A stretch of DNA of 64,000 nt from Eledone cirrhosa (lineage: Eukaryota), in contig OZ024745.1 of NCBI GenBank assembly GCA_964016885.1, positions 32,736,001 through 32,800,000 on the forward strand, read 5' to 3'. The position numbers and the translations under genes were made by a program. Shown piece by piece: positions 51,801-64,000 of the stretch (position 1 is its first letter; each line of letters opens with the position of its first letter). The notes under the pieces were generated by a model, which was not told the origin of the DNA, made no database searches, and was given only the letters and a program-made list of their open reading frames with translations.

Positions 51801-54800
51801 TACCATCAGAAGAACAAAGATAGCCACCGTACTAAATACCATCAGAAGAACAAAGATAGCCACAGTACTAAATACCATCAGAGGAACAAAGATAGCCACA
51901 GTACTAAATACCATCAGAAGAACAAAGATAGCCACAGTACTAAATACCATCAGGGGAACAAAGATAGCCACAGTACTAAATACCATCAGGGGAACAAAGT
52001 TAGCCACTGTACTAAATACCATCAGAAGAACAAAGATAACCACAGTACTAAATACCATCAGAAGAACAAAGATAGCCACAGTACTAAATACCATCAGAAG
52101 AACAAAGATAGCCACAGTACTAAATACCATCAGAGGAACAAAGATAGCCACAGTACTAAATACCATCAGAAGAACAAAGATAGCCACTGTGCTAAATACC
52201 ATCAGAGGAACAAAGATAGCCACAGTACTAAATACCATCAGAAGAACAAAGATAGCCACAGTACTAAATACCATCAGAAGAACAAAGATAGCCACAGTAC
52301 TAAATACCATCAGAAGAACAAAGATAGCCACAGTACTAAATTCCATCAGAAGAACAAAGATAGCCACAGTACTAAATACCATCAGAAGAACAAAGATAGC
52401 CACAGTACTATATACCATCAGAAGAACAAAGATAGCCATTGTACTAAATACCATCAGAGGAACAAAGATAGCCACAGTACTAAATACCATCAGAAGAACA
52501 AAGATAGCCACAGTACTAAATACCATCAGAAGAACAAAGATAGCCACTGTACTAAATACCATCAGAGGAACAAAGATAGCCACAGTACTAAATACCATCA
52601 GAAGAACAAAGATAGCCACAGTACTAAATACCATCAGAAGAACAAAGATAGCCACAGTACTAAATACCATCAGAAGAACAAAGATAGCCACAGTACTAAA
52701 TACCACCAGGGGAACAAAGATAGCCACAGTACTAAATACCATCAGAACAACAAAGATAGCCACAGTACTAAATACCATCAGAAGAACAAAGATAGCCACA
52801 GTACTAAATACCATCAGGGGAACAAAGATAACCACAGTACTAAATACCATCAGAGGAACAAAGATAACCACAGTACTAAATACCATCAGGGGAACAAAGA
52901 TAACCACAGTACTAAATACCATAAGAGGAACAAAGATAGCCACAGTACTAAATACCATCAGGGGAACAAAGATAACCACAGTACTAAATACCATCAGAGG
53001 AACAAAGATAACCACAGTACTAAATACCATCAGGGGAACAAAGATAGCCACAGTACTAAATACCATCAGAAGAACAAAGATAGCCACAGTACTAAATACC
53101 ATCAGGGGTACAAAGATAGCCACACTACTAAATACCATCAGAAGAACAAAGATAGCCACAGTACTAAATACCATCAGAAGAACAAAGACAGTCACAGTAC
53201 TAAATACCATCAGGGAAACAGAGGTAGCCACAGTACTAAATACCATCAGAAGAACAAAGATAGCCACAGTACTAAATACCATGAGAAGAACAAAGACAGT
53301 CACAGTACTAAATACCATCAGAGGAACAAAGGTAGCCACAGTACTAAATACCATCAGAAGAACAAAGACAGTCACAGTACTAAATACCATCAGAAGAACA
53401 AAGGTAGCCACAGTACTAAATACCATCAGAAGAACAAAGATAGCCACAGTACTAAATACCATCAGAAGAACAAAGACAGTCACAGTACTAAATACCATCA
53501 GAAGAACAAAGATAGCCACAGTACTAAATACCATCAGAAGAACAAAGACAGTCACGGTACTAAATACCATCAGAAGAACAAAGATAGCCACAGTACTAAA
53601 TACCATCAGAAGAACAAAGATAGCCACAGTACTAAATACCATCAGAAAGAACAAAGATAGCCACAGTACTAAATACCATCAGAAGAACAAAGATAGCCAC
53701 AGTACTAAATACCATCAGAAGAACAAAGATAGCCACAGTCCTAAATACTATCAGGAGAACAAAGATAGCCACAGTACTAAATACCATCAGAGGAACAAAG
53801 ATGGCCACAGTACTAAATACCATCCGAAGAACAAAGATAGCCACAGTACTAAATACTATCAAAAGAACAAAGATAGCCACAGTACTACATACCATCAGAA
53901 GAACAAAGATAGCCACAGTACTAAATACCATCAGAAGAACAAAGATAGCCACAGTACTAAATACCATCAGAAGAACAAAGATAGCCACAGTACTAAATAC
54001 CACCAGGGGAACAAAGATAACCACAGTACTAAATACCATCAGAGGAACAAAGATAACCACAGTACTAAATACCATCAGGGGAACAAAGATAACCACAGTA
54101 CTAAATACCATCAGGGGAACAAAGATAGCCACAGTACTAAATACCATCAGAAGAACAAAGATAGCCACAGTACTAAATACCATCAGGGGTACAAAGATAG
54201 CCACAGTACTAAATACCATCAGAAGAACAAAGATAGCCACAGTACTAAATACCATCAGTAGAACAAAGACAGTCACAGTACTAAATACCATCAGGGGAAC
54301 AAAGGTAGCCACAGTACTAAATACCATCAGAAGAACAAAGATAGCCACAGTACTAAATACCATCAGAAGAACAAAGACAGTCACAGTACTAAATACCATC
54401 AGAGGAACAAAGGTAGCCACAGTACTAAATACCATCAGAAGAACAAAGACAGTCACAGTACTAAATACCATCAGAAGAACAAAGGTAGCCACAGTACTAA
54501 ATACCATCAGAAGAACAAAGATAGCCACAGTACTAAATACCATCAGAAGAACAAAGACAGTCACAGTACTAAATACCATCAGAAGAACAAAGATAGCCAC
54601 AGTACTAAATACCATCAGAAGAACAAAGACAGTCACAGTACTAAATACCATCAGAAGAACAAAGATAGCCACAGTACTAAATACCATCAGAAGAACAAAG
54701 ATAGCCACAGTACTAAATACCATCAGAAAGAACAAAGATAGCCACAGTACTAAATACCATCAGAAGAACAAAGATAGCCACAGTACTAAATACCATCAGA

Positions 54801-57800
54801 AGAACAAAGATAGCCACAGTCCTAAATACTATCAGGAGAACAAAGATAGCCACAGTACTAAATACTATCAGAGGAACAAAGATAGCCACAGTACTAAATA
54901 CCATCCGAAGAACAAAGATAGCCACAGTACTAAATACTATCAGGAGAACAAAGATAGCCACAGTACTAAATACCATCAGAAGAACAAAGATAGCCACAGT
55001 ACTAAATACCATCAGAAGAACAAAGATAGCCACAGTACTAAATACCATCAGAAGAACAAAGATAGCCACTGTACTAAATACCATCAGAGGAACAAACATA
55101 GCCACAGTACTAAATACCATCAGAGGAACAAAGATAGCCACAGTACTAAATCCATCACAAGAACAAAGATAGCCACTGTACTAAATACCATCAGAGGAAC
55201 AAAGATAGCCACAGTACTAAATACCATCAGAAGAACAAAGATAGCCACAGTACTAAATACCATCAGAAGAACAAAGATAGCCACAGTACTAAATACCATC
55301 AGAAGAACAAAGATAGCCACAGTACTAAATACCATCAGAAGAACAAAGATAGCCACAGTACTAAATACCATCAGAAGAACAAAGATAGCCACAGTACTAA
55401 ATACCATCAGAAGAACAAAGATAGCCACAGTACTAAATACCATCAGAAGATCAAAGATAGCCACAGTACTAAATACCATCAGAAGAACAAAGATAGCCAC
55501 AGTACTAAATACCATCAGAAGAACAAAGATAGCCATTGTACTAAATACCATCAGAGGAACAAAGATAGCCACAGTACTAAATACCATCAGAAGAACAAAG
55601 ATAGCCATAGTACTAAATACCATCAGAAGAACAAAGATAGCCACTGTACTAAATACTATCAGAGGAACAAAGATAGCCACAGTACTAAATACCATCAGAA
55701 GAACAAAGATAGCCACAGTACTAAATACCATCAGAAGAACAAAGATAGCCACAGTACTAAATACCATCAGAAGAACAAAGATAGCCACAGTACTAAATAC
55801 CATCAGGGGAACAAAGATAGCCACAGTACTAAATACCATCAGAAGAACAAAGATAGCCACAGTACTAAATACCATCAGAAGAACAAAGATAGCCACAGTA
55901 CTAAATACCATCAGAATAACAAAGATAGCCACAGTACTAAATACCATCAGGGGAACAAAGATAGCCACAGTACTAAATACCATCAGAAGAACAAAGATAG
56001 CCACAGTACTAAATACCATCAGGGGTACAAAGATAGCCACAGTACTAAATACCATCAGAAGAACAAAGATAGCCACAGTACTAAATACCATCAGAAGAAC
56101 AAAGACAGTCACAGTACTAAATACCATCAGAGGAACAAAGGTAGCCACAGTACTAAATACCATCAGAAGAACAAAGACAGTCACAGTACTAAATACCATC
56201 AGAAGAACAAAGGTAGCCACAGTACTAAATACCATCAGAAGAACAAAGATAGCCACAGTACTAAATACCATCAGAAGAACAAAGACAGTCACAGTACTAA
56301 ATACCATCAGAAGAACAAAGATAGCCACAGTACTAAATACCATCATAAGAACAAAGATAGCCACAGTACTAAATACCATCAGAAGAACAAAGATAGCCAC
56401 AGTACTAAATACCATCAGAAAGAACAAAGATAGCCACAGTACTAAATACCACCAGAAGAACAAAGATAGCCACAGTACTAAATACCATCAGAAGAACAAA
56501 GATAGCCACAGTACTAAATACCATCAGAAGAACAAAGATAGCCACAGTCCTAAATACTATCAGGAGAACAAAGATAGCCACAGTACTAAATACCATCAGA
56601 GGAACAAAGATAGCCACAGTACTAAATACCATCCGAAGAACAAAGATAGCCACAGTACTAAATACTATCAGGAGAACAAAGATAGCCACAGTACTAAATA
56701 CCATCAGAAGAACAAAGATAGCCACAGTACTAAATACCATCAGGGGAACAAAGATAGCCACAGTACTAAATACCATCAGAAGAACAAAGATAGCCACAGT
56801 ACTAAATACCATCAGAAGAACAAAGATAGCCACAGTACTAAATACCATCAGAAGAACAAAGATAGCCACAGTACTAAATACTATCAGGAGAACAAAGATA
56901 GCCACAGTACTAAATACCATCAGAAGAACAAAGATAGCCACAGTACTAAATACCATTAGAAGAACAAAGATAGCCACAGTACTAAATAGCATCAGAAGAA
57001 CAAAGATAGCCACAGTACTAAATACCATCAGAGGAACAAAGATAGCCACAGTACTAAATACCATCAGAATAACAAAGATAGCCACAGTACTAAATACCAT
57101 CAGGGGAACAAAGATAGCCACAGTACTAAATACTATCAGGAGAACAAAGATAGCCACAGTACTAAATACCATCAGAAGAACAAAGATAGCCACAGTACTA
57201 AATACCATTAGAAGAACAAAGATAGCCACAGTACTAAATAGCATCAGAAGAACAAAGATAGCCACAGTACTAAATACCATCAGAGGAACAAAGATAGCCA
57301 CAGTACTAAATACCATCAGAATAACAAAGATAGCCACAGTACTAAATACCATCAGGGGAACAAAGATAGCCACAGTACTAAATACCATCAGAGGAACAAA
57401 GATAGCCACAGTACTAAATACCATCAGAGGAACAAAGATAGCCACAGTACTAAATACCATCAGAAGAACAAAGATAGCCACTGTGCTAAATATCATCAAA
57501 GGAACAAAGATAGCCACAGTACTAAATACCATCAGAAGAACAAAGATAGCCACAGTACTAAATACCATCAGAAGAACAAAGATAGCCACAGTACTAAATA
57601 CCATCAGAAGAACAAAGATAGCCACAGTACTAAATTCCATCAGAAGAACAAAGATAGCCACAGTACTAAATACCATCAGAAGAACAAAGATAGCCACAGT
57701 ACTAAATACCATCAGAAGAACAAAGATAGCCATTGTACTAAATACCATCAGAGTAACAAAGATAGCCACAGTACTAAATACCATCAGAAGAACAAAGATA

Positions 57801-60800
57801 GCCACAGTACTAAATACCATCAGAAGAACAAAGATAGCCACTGTACTAAATACCATCAGAGGAACAAAGATAGCCACAGTACTAAATACCATCAGAAGAA
57901 CAAAGATAGCCACAGTACTAAATACCATCAGAAGAACAAAGATAGCCACAGTACTAAATACCATCAGAAGAACAAAGATAGCCACAGTACTAAATACCAT
58001 CAGAAGAACAAAGATAGCCACAGTACTAAATACCATCAGGGGAACAAAGATAGCCACAGTACTAAATACCATCAGAACAAAAAAGATAGCCACAGTACTA
58101 AATACCATGAGAAGAACAAAGATAGCCACAGTACTAAATACCATCAGGGGAACAAAAATAACCACAGTACTAAATACCATCAGAGGAACAAAGATAACCA
58201 CAGTACTAAATACCATCAGGGGAACAAAGATAACCACAGTACTAAATACCATCAGAGGAACAAAGATAGCCACAGTACTAAATACCATCAGGGGAACAAA
58301 GATAACCACAGTACTAAATACCATCAGGGGAACAAAGATAGCCACAGTACTAAATACCATCAGAAGAACAAAGATAGCCACAGTACTAAATACCATCAGA
58401 AGAACAAAGACAGTCACAGTACTAAATACCATCAGGGGTACAAAGATAGCCACAGTACTAAATACCATCAGAAGAACAAAGATAGCCACAGTACTAAATA
58501 CCATCAGAAGAACAAAGATAGCCACAGTCCTAAATACTATCAGGAGAACAAAGATAGCCACAGTACTAAATACCATCAGAGGAACAAAGATAGCCACAGT
58601 ACTAAATACCATCCGAAGAACAAAGATAGCCACAGTACTAAATACTATCAGGAGAACAAAGATAGCCACAGTACTAAATACCATCAGAAGAACAAAGACA
58701 GTCACAGTACTAAATACCATCAGAGGAACAAAGGTAGCCACAGTACTAAATACCATCAGAAGAACAAAGATAGCCACAGTACTAAATACCATCAGGGGTA
58801 CAAAGATAGCCACAGTACTAAATACCATCAGAAGAACAAAGATAGCCACAGTACTAAATACCATCAGAAGAACAAAGACAGTCACAGTACTAAATACCAT
58901 CAGAAGAACAAAGATAGCCACAGTACTAATTACCATCAGAAGAACAAAGACAGTCACAGTACTAAATACCATCAGAAGAACAAAAATAGCCACAGTACTA
59001 AATACCATCAGAAGAACAAAGATAGCCACAGTACTAAATACCATCAGAAAGAACAAAGATAGCCACAGTACTAAATACCATCAGAAGAACAAAGATAGCC
59101 ACAGTACTAAATACCATCAGAAGAACAAAGATAGCCACAGTACTAAATACCATCAGAAGAACAAAGATAGCCACAGTCCTAAATACTATCAGGAGAACAA
59201 AGATAGCCACAGTACTAAATACCATCAGAGGAACAAAGATAGCCACAGTACTAAATACCATCCGAAGAACAAAGATAGCCACAGTACTAAATACTATCAG
59301 GAGAACAAAGATAGCCACAGTACTAAATACCATCAGAAGAACAAAGATAGCCACAGTACTAAATACCATCAGAAGAACAAAGATAGCCACAGTACTAAAT
59401 ACCATCACAAGAACAAAGATAGCCACTGTACTAAATACCATCAGAGGAACAAAGATAGCCACAGTACTAAATACCATCAGAAGAACAAAGATAGCCACAG
59501 TACTAAATACCATCAGAAGAACAAAGATAGCCACAGTACTAAATACCATCAGAAGAACAAAGATAGCCACAGTACTAAATACCATCAGAAGAACAAAGAT
59601 AGCCACAGTACTAAATACCATCAGAAGAACAAAGATAGCCACAGTACTAAATACCATCAGAAGAACAAAGATAGCCACAGTACTAAATACCATCAGAAGA
59701 ACAAAGATAGCCATTGTACTAAATACCATCAGAGGAACAAAGATAGCCACAGTACTAAATACCATCAGAAGAACAAAGATAGCCACAGTACTAAATACCA
59801 TCAGAAGAACAAAGATAGCCACTGTACTAAATACTATCAGAGGAACAAAGATAGCCACAGTACTAAATACCATCAGAAGAACAAAGATAGCCACAGTACT
59901 AAATACCATCAGAAGAACAAAGATAGCCACAGTACTAAATACCATCAGAAGAACAAAGATAGCCACAGTACTAAATACCATCAGGGGAACAAAGATAGCC
60001 ACAGTACTAAATACCATCAGAACAACAAAGATAGCCACAGTACTAAATACCATCAGAAGAACAAAGATAGCCACAGTACTAAATACCATCAGAACAACAA
60101 AGATAGCCACAGTACTAAATACCATCAGGGGAACAAAGATAGCCACAGTACTAAATACCATCAGAAGAACAAAGATAGCCACAGTACTAAATACCATCAG
60201 GGGTACAAAGATAGCCACAGTACTAAATACCATCAGAAGAACAAAGATAGCCACAGTACTAAATACCATCAGAAGAACAAAGACAGTCACAGTACTAAAT
60301 ACCATCAGAGGAACAAAGGTAGCCACAGTACTCAATACCATCAGAAGAACAAAGACAGTCACAGTACTAAATACCATCAGAAGAACAAAGGTAGCCACAG
60401 TACTAAATACCATCAGAAGAACAAAGATAGCCACAGTACTAAATACCATCAGAAGAACAAAGACAGTCACAGTACTAAATACCATCAGAAGAACAAAGAT
60501 AGCCACAGTACTAAATACCATCATAAGAACAAAGATAGCCACAGTACTAAATACCATCATAAGAACAAAGATAGCCACAGTACTAAATACCATCAGAAGA
60601 ACAAAGATAGCTACAGTACTAAATACCATCAGAAAGAACAAAGATAGCCACAGTACTAAATACCATCAGAAGAACAAAGATAGCCACAGTACTAAATACC
60701 ATCAGAAGAACAAAGATAGCCACAGTACTAAATACCATCAGAAGAACAAAGATAGCCACAGTCCTAAATACTATCAGGAGAACAAAGATAGCCACAGTAC

Positions 60801-63800
60801 TAAATACCATCAGAGGAACAAAGATAGCCACAGTACTAAATACCATCCGAAGAACAAAGATAGCCACAGTACTAAATACTATCAGGAGAACAAAGATAGC
60901 CACAGTACTAAATACCATCAGAAGAACAAAGATAGCCACAGTACTAAATACCATCAGGGGAACAAAGATAGCCACAGTACTAAATACCATCAGAAGAACA
61001 AAGATAGCCACTGTACTAAATACCATCAGAGGAACAAAGATAGCCACAGTACTAAATACCATCAGAGGAACAAAGATAGCCACAGTACTAAATACCATCA
61101 CAAGAACAAAGATAGCCACTGTACTAAATACCATCAGAGGAACAAAGATAGCCACAGTACTAAATACCATCAGAAGAACAAAGATAGCCACAGTACTAAA
61201 TACCATCAGAAGAACAAAGATAGCCACAGTACTAAATACCATCAGAAGAACAAAGATAGCCACAGTACTAAATACCATCAGAAGAACAAAGATAGCCACA
61301 GTACTAAATACCATCAGAAGAACAAAGATAGCCACAGTACTAAATACCATCAGAAGAACAAAGATAGCCATTGTACTAAATACCATCAGAGGAACAAAGA
61401 TAGCCACAGTACTAAATACCATCAGAAGAAGAAAGATAGCCACAGTACTAAATACCATCAGAAGAACAAAGATAGCCACTGTACTAAATACTATCAGAGG
61501 AACAAAGATAGCCACAGTACTAAATACCATCAGAAGAACAACGATAGCCACAGTACTAAATACCATCAGAAGAACAAAGATAGCCACAGTACTAAATACC
61601 ATCAGAAGAACAAAGATAGCCACAGTACTAAATACCATCAGGGGAACAAAGATAGCCACAGTACTAAATACCATCAGAACAACAAAGATAGCCACAGTAC
61701 TAAATACCATCAGAAGAACAAAGATAGCCACAGTACTAAATACCATCAGAACAACAAAGATAGCCACAGTACTAAATACCATCAGGGGAACAAAGATAGC
61801 CACAGTACTAAATACCATCAGAAGAACAAAGATAGCCACAGTACTAAATACCATCAGGGGTACAAAGATAGCCACAGTACTAAATACCATCAGAAGAACA
61901 AAGATAGCCACAGTACTAAATACCATCAGAAGAACAAAGACAGTCACAGTACTAAATACCATCAGAGGAACAAAGGTAGCCACAGTACTCAATACCATCA
62001 GAAGAACAAAGACAGTCACAGTACTAAATACCATCAGAAGAACAAAGGTAGCCACAGTACTAAATACCATCAGAAGAACAAAGATAGCCACAGTACTAAA
62101 TACCATCAGAAGAACAAAGACAGTCACAGTACTAAATACCATCAGAAGAACAAAGATAGCCACAGTACTAAATACCATCATAAGAACAAAGATAGCCACA
62201 GTACTAAATACCATCAGAAGAACAAAGATAGCTACAGTACTAAATACCATCAGAAAGAACAAAGATAGCCACAGTACTAAATACCATCAGAAGAACAAAG
62301 ATAGCCACAGTACTAAATACCATCAGAAGAACAAAGATAGCCACAGTACTAAATACCATCAGAAGAACAAAGATAGCCACAGTCCTAAATACTATCAGGA
62401 GAACAAAGATAGCCACAGTACTAAATACCATCAGAGGAACAAAGATAGCCACAGTACTAAATACCATCCGAAGAACAAAGATAGCCACAGTACTAAATAC
62501 TATCAGGAGAACAAAGATAGCCACAGTACTAAATACCATCAGAAGAACAAAGATAGCCACAGTACTAAATACCATCAGGGGAACAAAGATAGCCACAGTA
62601 CTAAATACCATCAGAAGAACAAAGATAGCCACAGTACTAAATACCATCAGAAGAACAAAGATAGCCACAGTACTAAATACCATCAGAAGAACAAAGATAG
62701 CCACAGTACTAAATACTATCAGGAGAACAAAGATAGCCACAGTACTAAATACCATCAGAAGAACAAAGATAGCCACAGTACTAAATACCATTAGAAGAAC
62801 AAAGATAGCCACAGTACTAAATAGCATCAGAAGAACAAAGATAGCCACAGTACTAAATACCATCAGAGGAACAAAGATAGCCACAGTACTAAATACCATC
62901 AGAATAACAAAGATAGCCACAGTACTAAATACCATCAGGGGAACAAAGATAGCCACAGTACTAAATACCATCAGAGGAACAAAGATAGCCACAGTACTAA
63001 ATACCATCAGAATAACAAAGATAGCCACAGTACTAAATACCATCAGAAGAACAAAGATAGCCACAGTACTAAATACTATCAGGAGAACAAAGATAGCCAC
63101 AGTACTAAATACCATCAGAAGAACAAAGATAGCCACAGTACTAAATACCATCAGAAGAACAAAGATAGCCACAGTACTAAATACCATCAGAAGAACAAAG
63201 ATAGCCACAGTACTAAATACCATCAGAAAGAACAAAGATAGCCACAGTACTAAATACCATCAGAAGAACAAAGATAGCCACAGTACTAAATACCATCAGA
63301 AGAACTAAGATAGCCACAGTACTAAATACTATCAGGAGAACAAAGATAGCCACAGTACTAAATACCATCAGAAGAACAAAGATAGTCACAGTACTAGATA
63401 CCATCAGAAGAACAAAGATAGCCAGAGTACTAAATACCATCAGAAGAACAAAGATAGCCACAGTACTAAATACCATCAGAAGAACAAAGATAGCCATTGT
63501 ACTAAATACCATCAGAGGAACAAAGATAGCCACAGTACTAAATACCATCAGAAGAACAAAGATAGCCACAGTACTAAATACCATCAGGGGAACAAAGATA
63601 GCCACAGTACTAAATACCATCAGAAGAACAAAGACAGTCACAGTACTAAATACCATCAGAGGAACAAAGGTAGCCACAGTACTAAATACCATCAGAAGAA
63701 CAAAGACAGTCACAGTACTAAATACCATCAGAAGAACAAAGGTAGCCACAGTACTAAATACCATCAGAAGAACAAAGATAGCCACAGTACTAAATACCAT

Positions 63801-64000
63801 CAGAGGTACAAAGACAGTCACAGTACTATATACCATCAGAGGAACAAAGATAGCCACAGTACTAAATACCATCAGAAGAACAAAGATAGCCACAGTACTA
63901 AATACCATCAGAGGTGCAAAGACAGTCACAGTACTATATACCATCAGAGGAACAAAGATAGCCACAGTACTAAATACATCAGAAGAACAAAGATAGCCAC
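48847..64000. repeat. 36-bp tandem satellite array, right part (runs off the window end)
   Basis: Seen: same monomer and orientation, resuming at ATAC|CATCAG directly after the 3' LTR; about 420 units. Confidence 0.99.

Noticed and set aside
140-60647. Plus-strand ORFs (KYHQKNKDSHST)n and (NTIRRTKIATVL)n as repeat proteins
   Set aside because: Three of six frames of the monomer are open at once. Stops and +1 frameshifts are tolerated and even amplified, and there is no non-repetitive N- or C-terminus.
8461-63980. Singleton small deletions (about 8467, 18650, 31864, 55151, 63977)
   Set aside because: Each occurs once and cannot be told apart from slippage or consensus error without reads.
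1-64000. CRISPR array (36-bp repeat length)
   Set aside because: Units are directly adjacent with no spacers, there are no cas genes, and the context is eukaryotic.

Overview
This window is eukaryotic (probably metazoan) heterochromatin-type DNA with no supportable protein-coding gene. About 62 kb of the 64 kb is a head-to-tail 36-bp satellite (consensus AAATACCATCAGAAGAACAAAGATAGCCACAGTACT), and the giant ORFs in the track are in-frame read-throughs of this repeat. The array is interrupted once, at 46817-48846, by a complete 2030-bp non-autonomous LTR retroelement: 366-bp LTRs, TGTAGCGG...CCGCTACA termini, 4-bp ATAC target-site duplication, tRNA-Trp PBS, PPT and a non-coding interior, resembling the Ty3/Gypsy CsRn1 lineage. 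Four observations stand out. (1) The PBS matches tRNA-Trp for 32 nt rather than 18, with a mismatch exactly opposite m1A58. (2) All 9 LTR-LTR differences fall in the last 158 bp, while a near-identical empty copy of the insertion site lies about 3.2 kb downstream. (3) Nine identical fold-back monomers (30-bp perfect palindromes, +15 bp) alternate with five -15-bp monomers that restore the 36-bp register. (4) The array is divided into domains with distinct marker variants and kb-scale duplications.
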